Assembly (NCBI GenBank): GCA_050011875.1 | Contig: JBEKIG010000009.1 | Coordinates: 24,772-88,771 of the forward strand | Origin: Nitrososphaeria archaeon | GTDB lineage: Archaea; Thermoproteota; Nitrososphaeria; JACIWG01 | DNA: 64,000 nucleotides | Reading direction: 5' to 3' | Shown here: piece by piece, positions 29,889 to 40,591 of the stretch | How positions within the stretch are numbered: position 1 is the first letter of the stretch | Layout: every line of letters starts with the position of its first letter | Position numbers and translations under genes: made by a program | Notes under the pieces: generated by a model | Told to the model about the DNA's origin: nothing | Databases searched by the model: none | What the model saw: the letters and a program-made list of their open reading frames with translations, nothing else

Positions 29889-30470
29889 CAGACATACAAA
29901 ATATATTTCACTACTTTCTTTTCTACTCGCAGACGGTTTCGTAATAAGTACTTTCTTAAACATACCTTTTAATTTATCACGAACATCTTGGAAATAGTCC
30001 CCTTGGAAGATCTTGAAGACGCAGTTGCCTTCAGGCTTTAGAAGATGAGGAATCATGTCTATGACCTTCATAGTTAAATCTATCTGCCTAGTATGATCGA
30101 CTTCCCAAACACCAGTAATATTTTGAGACAAATCTGAAAGGATAACATCAACCTCGAAAATAATCGATTTTCTTACGAAATCCAGAGCTTGGGGGGAAAA
30201 AATATCCAATGTATAGGTAAAGACATTGTTAAGCTGAATATTTACCTTCTTCAAATCAAAGCCAAATACTTTACCATCGGGACCAACCCTCTCACTAGCA
30301 ACTTGGAGCCAGCCTCCTGGAGCACAGCCGAAGTCAACTACATAGTCGTCCTCAATTATTAGATGGTACCTGTTGACTAATTCAGCAAGCTTATATGCAG
30401 CTCTACTGCGATAACCTTCCTTCTTTGCTCGCTTTCTATAAAAATCTCGCTTAGCCTGACTTAGCTTCAA
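29874..30470 (-). CDS. rlmE: 23S rRNA Um2552 methyltransferase (RlmE/FtsJ)
   Basis: GYRSRAAYKL, DFGCAPGGW, LSD, KIFQG, KPSASRKESSE.Y. Confidence 0.96.
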   Translation of the reverse strand: MKLSQAKRDFYRKRAKKEGYRSRAAYKLAELVNRYHLIIEDDYVVDFGCAPGGWLQVASERVGPDGKVFGFDLKKVNIQLNNVFTYTLDIFSPQALDFVRKSIIFEVDVILSDLSQNITGVWEVDHTRQIDLTMKVIDMIPHLLKPEGNCVFKIFQGDYFQDVRDKLKGMFKKVLITKPSASRKESSEIYFVCLSYLR

Positions 30471-30936
30471 CCTTCATTACTACCTTATAAGCCGCAAACT
30501 CCTTTCTAACCCAATCCTCTAACGTACTACAGGTTTTCGGTGAAATCTTACTATCATCAGAGCACTGTTCTACAACCTTACAAGTCAGACACGGCGTGTC
30601 TCTTATCGAAGTCGTTTTTATAGGCATACGAATTGGGAAGAGCCTGTAAGTCCATCTACCATTTTCAAGAACACGTTCACGTCTTATCATGCCACGCTTC
30701 TCAAGCCTTATAGCTAGGCGGCTACCGTCCCGGCTTGTCAGGCTGAGTTCTTTCCAAAGTTGGCTCTGAAGTATTCCTTCCATTCCATGCTCTACTATAG
30801 CTTTGTACGTTCGTGAAGTAAGGTCAAGCTCTTCTTCATCAAGTTTTTCAGGAACTTCTTTCGATGCACTCTCGTCTACCTGCTCCTCAGAAATGTTTTC
30901 CTTCTCCTCACGATTGGCTTGCTTCGGCATAAACAC
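30451..30936 (-). CDS. TFE-beta / RPC34-like protein (wHTH + Fe-S cysteine cluster)
   Basis: wHTH GILQSQLWKELSLTSRDGSRLAIRLEKRGMI followed by PCLTC...C...C..L.DW; lies directly downstream of tfb. Confidence 0.85.
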   Translation of the reverse strand: MFMPKQANREEKENISEEQVDESASKEVPEKLDEEELDLTSRTYKAIVEHGMEGILQSQLWKELSLTSRDGSRLAIRLEKRGMIRRERVLENGRWTYRLFPIRMPIKTTSIRDTPCLTCKVVEQCSDDSKISPKTCSTLEDWVRKEFAAYKVVMKVEAKSG

Positions 30937-30993
30937 ACAACCTAATTTTGGGAACTAATTATATTTATCGTAAGAATACCCTTATAACTTTTT

Positions 30994-31917
30994 TCATTTT
31001 ACTGTGCTAATATACACCGCAACATCGAAAGATTGCAAAATCTCCTTAGTTCTATTTCTGACAGTCAGAGGTGTAACACCAAGCTCTGAAGCAATATCCT
31101 CCGATGATATAGACTCATCAAAGAGTGCAGAGGCTATGTGGATGCAGGAGGCAGCAAGACCTGCAGGATTTTTTCCCAAGGAGATGTTTGAAGCTTCCAC
31201 CTTCGAAGCCAAATCCAGAGCTAAGCGCTCAACCTTTATTGAGAGATTTAACATGTTAGATAGTTTAGTTACATAATTAGATATGTGAGGTCGACTGACA
31301 GAAGTAGGGAAGGTCTGCGCCAACGCACGATAGTATTTTGCAACATCTTTTTCTTTAATATCCGCAAGATCGGCTACTTCCTTGAGGGTCCTGTTTACAT
31401 TGCACATACGACACGCTAGGTAGACCATCGCAGCAGCGATCTCCTTTTGACCCTTGTTTTTGGCGAAAGCCTTTATTTTTGAGGAACGTACGAAATATGC
31501 TGCGGTTTCGGCTACGTTGTTTGGTAGAGAAAGTTTTGTCGCCAGATCTTCAATCTTCTCCAGTAGTTTCATCAGTGAACGTTCTTCCGCACTGACTCTT
31601 ATCATAGAGTATGTTGTCCTAATTTTTTTAGCGTCATAGTTTTGCTTGAAATTAGAGAAGGAACCGTATGGCTTGTCCCCTACGAGTGTACTCAGTCCTT
31701 CATCATGTAGGAGGAAAGTTCGAGGAGCACCGACGCGGACACGCTTCTGTTTATCCTCCATATCAATAGCCTTCCATTCAGGGTGGTCGTCAACAGCTCG
31801 ATCCCTGACAACTAAACCACATTTTGGGCAGATAAGCTCCCCCGAGGCCGAGTCGATTATAAGCCCGCGATCGCAGAAAGGACATCGTTGGGATGCTTCA
31901 TCACGTACTCCGGACAA
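30994..31917 (-). CDS. tfb: Transcription initiation factor IIB
   Basis: Zn ribbon CPFC...CPKCG; PEW...RVRVGAP...HD.GLST; two cyclin folds (YLACR...RTLKE; GKNPAGLAA). Confidence 0.94.
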   Translation of the reverse strand: MSGVRDEASQRCPFCDRGLIIDSASGELICPKCGLVVRDRAVDDHPEWKAIDMEDKQKRVRVGAPRTFLLHDEGLSTLVGDKPYGSFSNFKQNYDAKKIRTTYSMIRVSAEERSLMKLLEKIEDLATKLSLPNNVAETAAYFVRSSKIKAFAKNKGQKEIAAAMVYLACRMCNVNRTLKEVADLADIKEKDVAKYYRALAQTFPTSVSRPHISNYVTKLSNMLNLSIKVERLALDLASKVEASNISLGKNPAGLAASCIHIASALFDESISSEDIASELGVTPLTVRNRTKEILQSFDVAVYISTVK

Positions 31918-31918
31918 T

Positions 31919-32152
31919 TTAACCAGACTCCATTCGAACGTACAATTGTTCGCCTATAAGCTTTCTAACCCTGTCTGTTGTAGGCTTTACAGAAACATAT
32001 GGTGAGGAAACAGGTCCAAAGGTTTCTACGACGAAGCCAATCTTCTTTCCTGAGGCATCAAATACTGGAATAGAAGGCTTAAGGAAAATTTCTGCCTTAA
32101 TGATGAGATTTCCACTTTTGGCCTGATGTAGGACCTGGCCTAATTTCTTCAT
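31919..32152 (-). CDS. gar1: H/ACA RNP protein Gar1
   Basis: LGQVLH..KSG.LI, IG.V.ETFGPVSSPYVSVK. Confidence 0.92.
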   Translation of the reverse strand: MKKLGQVLHQAKSGNLIIKAEIFLKPSIPVFDASGKKIGFVVETFGPVSSPYVSVKPTTDRVRKLIGEQLYVRMESG

Positions 32153-32177
32153 AACCAGTTTATAAAGAGAACATAAT

Positions 32178-32477
32178 TTAAACCTTTTGATGTCTCATGC
32201 CACGCACTGTGCCCAGTGTCCTAGATACATCTTTAAGTACATCATTCTTTCGCCCACCCTTATTTACAGACACGTAACCGCTTTCAATAAAGGATCTCTT
32301 AGGATACTTTGCCTTAACTTGTTCTGTTATGAGTCCAAGCTTCGTCACCGATTCAACGAGTTCGTCCATTGTTGGAGAACCGACAGCGAGATATAGAGGT
32401 ACCTTTCTACCGTCCTTCCTTGAAAGTTTGGAGTTAAAGTAATCAAGCCACAAGATTATCCTTTTGTAATCCTTCAA
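32178..32477 (-). CDS. srp19: Signal recognition particle 19 kDa protein
   Basis: W..YFNSKLSRKDGRKVP...AV..P, KYPK. Confidence 0.93.
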   Translation of the reverse strand: MKDYKRIILWLDYFNSKLSRKDGRKVPLYLAVGSPTMDELVESVTKLGLITEQVKAKYPKRSFIESGYVSVNKGGRKNDVLKDVSRTLGTVRGMRHQKV

Positions 32478-32483
32478 CTTAGA

Positions 32484-32870
32484 TTACCGTTTGATTAATA
32501 TGGCATTAACTACACCGGCTTGCCCAGGCCTCGAAGTAACCTTTGCTTCTCCGAGCTCAGTGTCTATAAGTGCACCCTTTGTAATAACACCCTTCCTTGT
32601 GAGATCTTTGCTTGCAGGGTTTGTTACTAGTCTATTAATCTTAACCTTCTTAGTCTGCTTTGATACGGGGTCGAGAACGTTTGCATACTGAGTGGAAAGA
32701 CACTTAACCTTTAAATCACCTCCCCGTGTATTTTTGACGACCCTTTCATCCTCGTTAATCTTTGTTTCAATAGGATATCCATGTCGTTCGTAAGCTCTTC
32801 TCCCCCTATTCGGGTTCTTAACGCCACCCGTGAGCTTGCGTTTGTGAAGATTTTCTATATTCTGCGGCAT
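32484..32870 (-). CDS. rps8e: 30S ribosomal protein S8e
   Basis: KRKLTGG, TRGG, ITKGALI.TELG.AKVTSRPGQ.GVVNA. Confidence 0.97.
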   Translation of the reverse strand: MPQNIENLHKRKLTGGVKNPNRGRRAYERHGYPIETKINEDERVVKNTRGGDLKVKCLSTQYANVLDPVSKQTKKVKINRLVTNPASKDLTRKGVITKGALIDTELGEAKVTSRPGQAGVVNAILIKR

Positions 32871-32946
32871 TTTCTAACAAAACATCCCTGATGTGGAGAA
32901 GGTTATAAGATTATGGGATAATATACTTTTCGACCCAGTTAAAATA

Positions 32947-33498
32947 CTATCCAGAAATCTCCTTCGGTATCTGTAATCCCTTAGGAGACCTTGCTTTCAG
33001 TTGCTCTTTTAGGTCATTGATGTCAGCACTTAATCCGAAATACTCGGAAAAATTACTTGTTGTGACATAGGTTTTTGGTTTTATGCTAGATTGAATTGAC
33101 ACGAAGTCGAGAACCTCTAGTGTTGAGAGATGGCGGTAAGCTTTCGAACCGATATGTCTGAGAATATCTTTTATTGTAACAGGTTGATAGAACGCCACAT
33201 AAGACAATGTTTTGAGGACGGCCTCGGGGACAAGAGGTTTAGTGGCGAACTTTCTAACAATGTTGTTGTAATCTGACTTCAGCTGCATGGCAAACAGGTT
33301 TCCCGGCAGTTCAACTACTTCCAGCGCGTTCGAAAAAGAGTTGTAAGTAGAAAGTACTTCTCTTGCCAGTAAAAGGTTCTTTCTCTTGGAAAAGACTCCA
33401 GTGGCACGTGAAATGTCTTCCATGGAAAGAGGGTGACCGGTTACGTAAAGAGCCGCTTCTATCCTTCCCTTTAGAACGCTTATTTCTTCTTTGTTCAC
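32947..33498 (-). CDS. scpB: Segregation and condensation protein B
   Basis: IEAALY...PLS, LKTLSYVAFYQPVT, YVTT..F..YFGL; overlaps scpA stop. Confidence 0.92.
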   Translation of the reverse strand: MNKEEISVLKGRIEAALYVTGHPLSMEDISRATGVFSKRKNLLLAREVLSTYNSFSNALEVVELPGNLFAMQLKSDYNNIVRKFATKPLVPEAVLKTLSYVAFYQPVTIKDILRHIGSKAYRHLSTLEVLDFVSIQSSIKPKTYVTTSNFSEYFGLSADINDLKEQLKARSPKGLQIPKEISG

Positions 33499-34142
33499 TG
33501 TACAAGCACCGTAATAACAATGTCATCGCTAACCTGCTTCAGATCAGCGAACTCTTCTTGTGCTACACAAAGTGACAGGATAAAATGCCTTACCATTTCT
33601 ATTAAAGTAAGGCCGTGAACCATCCTCCTAAAACTGACCTGATGTGAATCATCCATCAGCATCATAAGCTTCTTCTTAAACTCCTTCAACGTCTCGTTTA
33701 TGTTCATAATGAAAGGGTCGACTGGCAGCTCTAAGCTAGGAACTGGGATGAGTGTCTCTTCTTTCCTTAGCACTAAAGTTGTAGCTGAATTTATGATCCT
33801 TTCAAGGGCTGTTAGAAGATCTTCCACCGATGTAGAATACGATTCATGTCTATAAGGAACCTCTATAATAGAAGGCAATGTGAGATCTTCTCTCTCCATC
33901 TGAGCTGAAGACTGCCTTTCAAAAAGAAAAAAAGATTCGACCTGCAATCTGAATATTATAGATGAAGACAATGCGACTGTACCGTAAAGCCTCAAATCCT
34001 TAGATTCTTCTATAGTATAGATAGATAGAAATTCCTTTAAGAGATCTTTAACATTTATGTTCCACGCCTTCTTCTTTGACAATTCCTCAGAATCTATGAG
34101 GAACTTCAGAGGAATCTTTGTAAGAGGGTCCTTTGTGCTCAT
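33495..34142 (-). CDS. scpA: Kleisin, segregation and condensation protein A
   Basis: AWNINV..LL, DLRLYG...SSSIIFR; C-terminal wH VSF...FILSL..AQE; sits between smc and scpB with 4-nt overlaps. Confidence 0.85.
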   Translation of the reverse strand: MSTKDPLTKIPLKFLIDSEELSKKKAWNINVKDLLKEFLSIYTIEESKDLRLYGTVALSSSIIFRLQVESFFLFERQSSAQMEREDLTLPSIIEVPYRHESYSTSVEDLLTALERIINSATTLVLRKEETLIPVPSLELPVDPFIMNINETLKEFKKKLMMLMDDSHQVSFRRMVHGLTLIEMVRHFILSLCVAQEEFADLKQVSDDIVITVLVQ

Positions 34143-37100
34143 GATCGAGCCTCTTTAACCATCATTTCCGGTGAATATTCGACGACGTTAGCGTGTCCGC
34201 TACGCTGATAGACACCAAAGATTTTGTCAGCCTTCGAGAGGGTAACATCCTTTAAAGTGATGAGTATAATCTGCGATTCCGCAGCGCGTTCATGTAGTAT
34301 TTTGATCAAACGCTCTAGGTTAAACGGATCAAGGTGCGCGTCTATTTCATCTAATAGATAGAATGGCGATTTAAATGCAACCTGCATTGCTAAAATAAAT
34401 GCGACAGTCGCAATCGTCTTTTCTCCACCGCTTATCATCAGCGATTCTTTATACCGCTTATTTGGAAAACGAACCATTAAGTAGACTCCACCGGAAAAGA
34501 TATCGTCGGGTTTTTCTATTTCAAGCCAAGCGTCTCCATCCGTGAGTTCCTTGAACAACGATCTAAGGTTTCTATCAATCTTTTCGAAAGCCTCCATAAA
34601 AACAGTCTTCTTCTTTTCTTCAATCTGTTCGATAAGGTCAATAATGCTGCTTTTCTCTTCTTCAAGCTGGTTGCTTCTGAGAGAAAGGTTCTTATAGCTT
34701 TCAAAGACATTTTCGTAATCTTTTTCAGCTAAATAGTTTAAAACAAGCTTCACTTCTGAACTTTCCTGCTCCATGAATGAGAGAACAGTTTCACAGCCGT
34801 CCACATATTCAATTGGTGATTCATATCCAAACATCCTTAAAGTGTTATATTCAGTCTGCATTTTTTCCTTGAGATTATCTATTTTTGAAGAAATCTGGTT
34901 TATACGGACCGTCGACTTATTGATGAGATCATTTAATGAGCTGAGCTGAACCCTTTTCTCATTTACCTTTAGATCGTATTCTGAAATTGTCTTTTGCATA
35001 TTAGCTGAAGCTTGACGGAATTCCTCTTCTCTTGCCTTTAGAGAATTATATTTTGTATTGAACTCGCTCAGTAAATTTTTGTTTTCCTCAATCTTTTTCT
35101 TGTTTGATTCAAACTCAGATGCAAGCTTTTCAATGCTCCTTTTAGTATTGTTATAGGATACAAGAAGGTCGTTTTCAAGCCTGTTCTGGGTCTGGGCTAA
35201 TTGCAGGTTTATTTCATTCAATTGACTTATTATCGACTGATAATTCCCATTAAGATTAGCCATTTCACCATTGAATGAGATAAGTTTCTGCGCGGCAGCG
35301 TTATCTTCATCACTTTGAACAATTTTTGCGAAGATTCCACGTTTTCTGTTCAGCGTGTCAGATCTTTCTTGAAATCTTTTAAGGTATTCTTCAACCTTAT
35401 TCACTCTAGCTCTAAGAGAATTTAGCTTCTTTGTGTTCTCATCATATGTCTCCGAATATTTTTTTACAAATTTGATTAAAGTGTCGATTTCACCGTGAAC
35501 TTGGCCCAAGTTCTTTGAAATGGTAGCCTTTTTCTCCAACATGTCTTTCCCTTTTAGCTCCAAATTTTCAATATCCTGCCTTCTTTTGTCAACCACCTTC
35601 TTAAGGTTAGAAATAGCACTCTCTAATTCACTGTAGTACCTTTTTTCCCCGTAGGGTAGAACGGCCTCTCCAAAGATGCTGGGAAAACTGGAGAGATATG
35701 CCGAGTAGTATGGCTCATATATGGCTCCGTTGACTGTTACACATCTAAAACCATTCTTGGACACCTCTGACGCAATTCCATCATCTTCGACTAGAACCGT
35801 ATTCTGGAAAAGAAAATCCTTCAGAGCCGCGTACTCGTCAGATATTTTCACCAAGTCATAAAGATAGCCTAAAACGTTTTTGTCGTCAGAAAGCTTTGTC
35901 AGCTTAATGGGCTTAACCTCCGAGAGAATAATCATGTTGAACTGTTTTGCGGAAACTCGACCAGCGAGTTCAATAAGCTTGTTCGCAGATTCGATATCCT
36001 TAACAACAATAGCATTCATCCAAAATCCACAGGCCGAAGATATAGCTTTAGAATAATGTTCATCGTAATCTATCAAATCTTTTACAAAACCCACGCATCC
36101 TTCAACGACTCCTGTCTTAGCAAGAGTAATGAGCCTTTCAAGTCCTTCAGAATCGAAAACCTCTTCAGCGATTTTCCTCGCTATCTCAGTCTTGGCAACG
36201 GTCACCTGAACCTTTTCCAATGTGGTTAAGGAGACCCTGATCGCCTCGAACATTATTCTCCTACGGCTTTCGATACCGTCGTAAGAATTGGACACCGAGA
36301 GTATCTGGGAAGATTCGCTCTGAAGCAGATTATCCAAATTGGTTAAAGTTAGTCTAAGCTCGTTTAAGATGACTGAAAAAGATTTCTGTTTACTATCTAG
36401 TACGTTAAGTCTGTAGCTTAGTTTAGTCTGGATGGAGGTAAACTTGTTCCTGTGCATACTTATCTTCTCCAGAATAGAATCAATCTTCTTGATCTTCTGG
36501 TCAGCTTTGATCTTTCTCATCTTTATGTCAGAAATACTCTTATTTGCATCACTAATCTGTAAAGTTAGAACCTTTATCTTTTCCGAAACTTGAGCTTTCT
36601 CACCTTCCCTAAGCTCTTTATCAGTCTTTATCTTGTTTAAAGATTCCTTAACAAAGTTTACGTCTATGTCAAGCTTTGTCAGCATACCATTAAGAGTCGG
36701 TAGATCCTGCTCAATCTCTATGTTTCTCTGTTCAAGGGCTTTGGTTACTGAATTCATGGATGAGATTCTAGACTGAAATGAAGCTAATTCCATTTCATAA
36801 TTAACAAAGGTTCTAGAAGGATCAGAAACAGACGAGAGAAAATTGTCCCTATCATTCTGTATAGACTCGATATCAGAATAAATGGCTTCCCTGTCATGCT
36901 GTTTTTTCTTGAGCAGCGAGCGCTCTTCTTCCAAGTTTCCATTTAGGGAATTTGAAGCCTGCAAGAGCGTAAAAATGGATCTGGATGTCTTCATAGCGTT
37001 CAGACGTCTAATTTCTTCTTCAAGGTGACGATACCTTAGAAGATTGTTGCGACCTTCCTCATTTTTTCTGAGAACACTCCTTATTTCGCCGATTCGTGCG

Positions 37101-37678
37101 AAGGCTATTTCAAGCTTATGTGTTGCATCCTCTAAGTTCTTCATCGATTCAGCTTTCTTTTCATCAAACTGGGAAACACCAACTAAACTTTCTAATAGGC
37201 GACGACGTTCATCAGGTCTGAGTTCAGCAACTCTGTTGATCATTCCCTGCAGAATGACATTAAATGCTTCGGGAGAAATCAAGCATAACTGGGTCAGGTT
37301 CAGAACCGTCTGTTTTGAGACATGTTTACCATTTATCTTGAATATTGATTCACCATCGCCTCTAAGCTCCCTCGTAAAAGTGACGGTATCCGAATCAAAT
37401 GGAATCTCTCTGCCAGAGTTATTAAACTGAACAGAAACCAGCGCTTTAGAAGACCTTTGACCGCTTACAGCCCCGTCAAAGATAAGACCTTTCATGTTCG
37501 TCGCCCTAAGAGTCTTGAGGCTACTCTCCCCTAAGGCAAAAAGAATTGCGTCAAAGATATTCGACTTTCCTGAACCATTCAGCCCCGTTATCGTAAGGTA
37601 ACCAGGCTGCAAGTCCAATACCGTCTTCTTACTAAAGGTCTTGAATCCTTCTACCTCCAGCCTTTTTATATACAGCAT
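34139..37678 (-). CDS. smc: Chromosome segregation protein SMC
   Basis: GFKTF, GLNGSGKSN, ILQG, long coiled coils with a central hinge, ISGGEK, LLDEIDAHLD. Confidence 0.96.
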   Translation of the reverse strand: MLYIKRLEVEGFKTFSKKTVLDLQPGYLTITGLNGSGKSNIFDAILFALGESSLKTLRATNMKGLIFDGAVSGQRSSKALVSVQFNNSGREIPFDSDTVTFTRELRGDGESIFKINGKHVSKQTVLNLTQLCLISPEAFNVILQGMINRVAELRPDERRRLLESLVGVSQFDEKKAESMKNLEDATHKLEIAFARIGEIRSVLRKNEEGRNNLLRYRHLEEEIRRLNAMKTSRSIFTLLQASNSLNGNLEEERSLLKKKQHDREAIYSDIESIQNDRDNFLSSVSDPSRTFVNYEMELASFQSRISSMNSVTKALEQRNIEIEQDLPTLNGMLTKLDIDVNFVKESLNKIKTDKELREGEKAQVSEKIKVLTLQISDANKSISDIKMRKIKADQKIKKIDSILEKISMHRNKFTSIQTKLSYRLNVLDSKQKSFSVILNELRLTLTNLDNLLQSESSQILSVSNSYDGIESRRRIMFEAIRVSLTTLEKVQVTVAKTEIARKIAEEVFDSEGLERLITLAKTGVVEGCVGFVKDLIDYDEHYSKAISSACGFWMNAIVVKDIESANKLIELAGRVSAKQFNMIILSEVKPIKLTKLSDDKNVLGYLYDLVKISDEYAALKDFLFQNTVLVEDDGIASEVSKNGFRCVTVNGAIYEPYYSAYLSSFPSIFGEAVLPYGEKRYYSELESAISNLKKVVDKRRQDIENLELKGKDMLEKKATISKNLGQVHGEIDTLIKFVKKYSETYDENTKKLNSLRARVNKVEEYLKRFQERSDTLNRKRGIFAKIVQSDEDNAAAQKLISFNGEMANLNGNYQSIISQLNEINLQLAQTQNRLENDLLVSYNNTKRSIEKLASEFESNKKKIEENKNLLSEFNTKYNSLKAREEEFRQASANMQKTISEYDLKVNEKRVQLSSLNDLINKSTVRINQISSKIDNLKEKMQTEYNTLRMFGYESPIEYVDGCETVLSFMEQESSEVKLVLNYLAEKDYENVFESYKNLSLRSNQLEEEKSSIIDLIEQIEEKKKTVFMEAFEKIDRNLRSLFKELTDGDAWLEIEKPDDIFSGGVYLMVRFPNKRYKESLMISGGEKTIATVAFILAMQVAFKSPFYLLDEIDAHLDPFNLERLIKILHERAAESQIILITLKDVTLSKADKIFGVYQRSGHANVVEYSPEMMVKEARS

Positions 37679-37783
37679 TCTTTCTCTTTACAGCATATAT
37701 AGTAGACAACGTAATATTAATATCTTTTAAGAAAAAAGTAGGTAAATTTAAATTATCCTACTTGCAAAATATGTTGACAGAAA

Positions 37784-38854
37784 ATGAAGGATTATACAAC
37801 TGGAAGAAGAAAGCGAATTTTATCAAAGGCTGAGAAAGCAGGAGCAAATTGTGTTCTAGCGTCATCCCCTGAGAACATGTTTTACTTTACAAATTTCTGG
37901 GGTGGATCATACGTCCTCATTTCAGAGGAAGGATGTCTACTATTCACAGGTGCACTTGAAGCCTTCAGAGCTCTGAGCACAGCTGTTGAGGCAAAGGTCA
38001 TAAGCGTGCCTGTCGGCTCAAGCATATTGTCTAGCATAAAAAATCATGTTCAGAAAGGCTCTAAAATCCTTTCTGAAGATGTAATGTTCACTCAAAAGGA
38101 GATATTTGAAAAAAAGCTCGAAGTTAAATTGGAGCCTTCATCTAAACCCTTCTATGAACTTAGACGATCGAAGGATGAACGCGAAGTTGCATCAATCGAG
38201 GAAACCTCAAAACTCCTAGATCAACTTTACGAAGAGACATTAGAAATCGTAAGGGAAGGGATTACTGAAAGGGAAATCGCGTCAAAGGTCATCGGGAAAG
38301 GGGTTGAAGTCGGGTTGGACATGAGCTCTGGCCTAGAGCCCGTAATAGTTGCTACAGGTCCGAACTCAGCTTATCCTCATGCTCAGATAACAGATCGCAA
38401 GTTAAAGAAGGGTGATGTAATTCTAGCAGACTATTTCTTCAGGTACAAAGCATATGTATCGGATGAGACGAGAACGTTCGTCTTCGGTAAAGCTACAAAA
38501 GAAATCAAAGAAGCTTATGAAATAGTACATTTGGCTCAACTTCAAGGTATTAAAGCCCTTAAACCAGGTTCCATAACCGGAAAAGTAGATGCAGCATGCA
38601 GAGGGATCATAAACGACAGCAGATTTTCAGAGTATTACACACATGGAACAGGCCATGGTGTGGGATTAGAGGTTCATGAGCCGCCAACGTTGAGCATTAA
38701 CCAGAAGGACAAACTTGTTAGAGGAGACATTGTAACTATTGAACCAGGCATCTATTTCCAAGATAAGTTCGGGATAAGAATAGAGGATACAGTTTACGTC
38801 GGTGAAGAACTTAAGGTCTTAACCAGATTCGCGAAAGATCTAATTGAGATATAG
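37784..38854 (+). CDS. pepQ: Xaa-Pro peptidase (M24B)
   Basis: PH, SDETRT, HGTGHGVGLEVHE, TIEPGIY, GIRIED. Confidence 0.93.
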   Translation: MKDYTTGRRKRILSKAEKAGANCVLASSPENMFYFTNFWGGSYVLISEEGCLLFTGALEAFRALSTAVEAKVISVPVGSSILSSIKNHVQKGSKILSEDVMFTQKEIFEKKLEVKLEPSSKPFYELRRSKDEREVASIEETSKLLDQLYEETLEIVREGITEREIASKVIGKGVEVGLDMSSGLEPVIVATGPNSAYPHAQITDRKLKKGDVILADYFFRYKAYVSDETRTFVFGKATKEIKEAYEIVHLAQLQGIKALKPGSITGKVDAACRGIINDSRFSEYYTHGTGHGVGLEVHEPPTLSINQKDKLVRGDIVTIEPGIYFQDKFGIRIEDTVYVGEELKVLTRFAKDLIEI

Positions 38855-38902
38855 AAAAAAGATTTGCGATAATTATTTATACGGTTCAGTAGAGTAGATA
38901 AT

Positions 38903-40516
38903 ATGCCCAAGTACATTTTTGTTACTGGCGGAGTCATAAGCGGAATAGGAAAAGGTGTTGTTACAGGATCTCTTGGGAAAATTTTGCAGTCTTCCGGCAT
39001 GAAAGTTTCTGCAATCAAAATGGACCCCTATCTGAATATTGACGCAGGAACAATGAACCCGATTGTACACGGAGAAGTCTTTGTATGCGACGACGGTGCT
39101 GAGACAGACATGGACCTCGGCACATATGAACGTTTTCTAGACAAGAACCTTTCTCGATGCAACAATATAACCACAGGTCAAGTGTATATGAACGTCCTAC
39201 AACGTGAGAGAAAAGGAAAGTATTTGGGCAAATGCGTCCAGATAATACCCCACATTACTGACGAAATAAAGGCGTTGATTAGGAATGCAACGAAGAAGGA
39301 CGATGCAGAAATAATGATAGTCGAGTCGGGTGGAACTGTTGGGGATATAGAAGCGCTCCCCTTTTTAGAAGCGCTTAGGGAAATGAGAATAAATGAAGGA
39401 CCAAATAATACAATCTTTGTGCATGTCACTTTAGCTCCCATAATAGAAGAAGTTGGAGAACTAAAGACTAAGCCGACCCAGCACAGTGTTCAAGAACTTC
39501 GGAGAATAGGAATCCAACCGGACATAATCGTCGTTAGAGCTAAAAGACCACTTAAAGAAGGACACCGTGAGAAGATATCATTGTTCACGAACGTACCCAA
39601 GAATCACGTTCTATCGAGTCAAGACGCTAAATCACCCTATCTTGTGCCGCAGATATTAGAAGAACAGGGTGCATCTGAGATAATATTCGACCTTCTGAAG
39701 ATACCATTCAAGAAGACCGATTTAACAAATTGGAATGATACGATAAGGGACATCACCGATTCAAAGGAAGAAGTCTGTCTAGCTATGATCGGTAAGTACG
39801 CAGAGCTCTCAGACAGCTACGTATCAATAAACCATGCGTTATGTCACGCTGGCGGAGTATTAAAATCGAAAGTTAAGATAGCGTGGACGGAATCAGAGGA
39901 GTTGGAAGAGTCTGATAAGAAAGTTGGAGAGTTAAACCAATACGACGGTATAATTGTTCCAGGCGGTTTCGGAAGTAGAGGAGTGGAAGGAAAGATTCTG
40001 GCAGCAAATTATGCTAGAGTCGGAAAGATACCGTACTTAGGGCTGTGCTTTGGTTTACAGCTAGCAATTGTTTCCTTTGCAAGAAATGTGCTTAAATTCG
40101 AGGGAGCGAATTCCACTGAAATAGACGCTGCGACACCATATCCCGTCATAGACCTGCTTCCAGAGCAGAAGGGAATCGACGAATTAGGTGGAACGATGCG
40201 GCTTGGCGGACATAGCATAGTAGTTAAAGAGGGGACTAAAGCGTATAAGCTCTATAACAATACGACCATTAGAGAGAGACATCGACACAGATATGAAGTC
40301 AATCCCAAATACTGGGAAGCACTCCAGAAAGGTGGACTCATATTTTCAGGATACAGTGATGACATGAGGAGAATCGAAATAATAGAGTTATCCGAACATC
40401 CATTCTACATGGCTTCGCAATATCATCCTGAATTTGTAAGTAGACCAGGAAAACCGGACCCTATCTTTAAAGGATTTATTGAAGCTTGTATTGAAAGAAA
40501 AAATAGTTCAAGATAG
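38903..40516 (+). CDS. pyrG: CTP synthase
   Basis: KYIFVTGGVISGIGKG, KTKPTQHSV, PGGFG.RG, GLCFGLQ, RHRHRYE, QYHPEF. Confidence 0.99.
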   Translation: MPKYIFVTGGVISGIGKGVVTGSLGKILQSSGMKVSAIKMDPYLNIDAGTMNPIVHGEVFVCDDGAETDMDLGTYERFLDKNLSRCNNITTGQVYMNVLQRERKGKYLGKCVQIIPHITDEIKALIRNATKKDDAEIMIVESGGTVGDIEALPFLEALREMRINEGPNNTIFVHVTLAPIIEEVGELKTKPTQHSVQELRRIGIQPDIIVVRAKRPLKEGHREKISLFTNVPKNHVLSSQDAKSPYLVPQILEEQGASEIIFDLLKIPFKKTDLTNWNDTIRDITDSKEEVCLAMIGKYAELSDSYVSINHALCHAGGVLKSKVKIAWTESEELEESDKKVGELNQYDGIIVPGGFGSRGVEGKILAANYARVGKIPYLGLCFGLQLAIVSFARNVLKFEGANSTEIDAATPYPVIDLLPEQKGIDELGGTMRLGGHSIVVKEGTKAYKLYNNTTIRERHRHRYEVNPKYWEALQKGGLIFSGYSDDMRRIEIIELSEHPFYMASQYHPEFVSRPGKPDPIFKGFIEACIERKNSSR

Positions 40517-40591
40517 AAGTAGCTGACTAAGGTCAGCGAGAAGAAAAAACTTTATCATGCCACCCCCTTCTAATAAGGGATGCGTTAGAGT

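Noticed and set aside
32947-37678. Wadjet/MksBEF defence system
   Set aside because: Full-length canonical SMC with ScpA/ScpB in housekeeping context, and no JetD/Toprim nuclease
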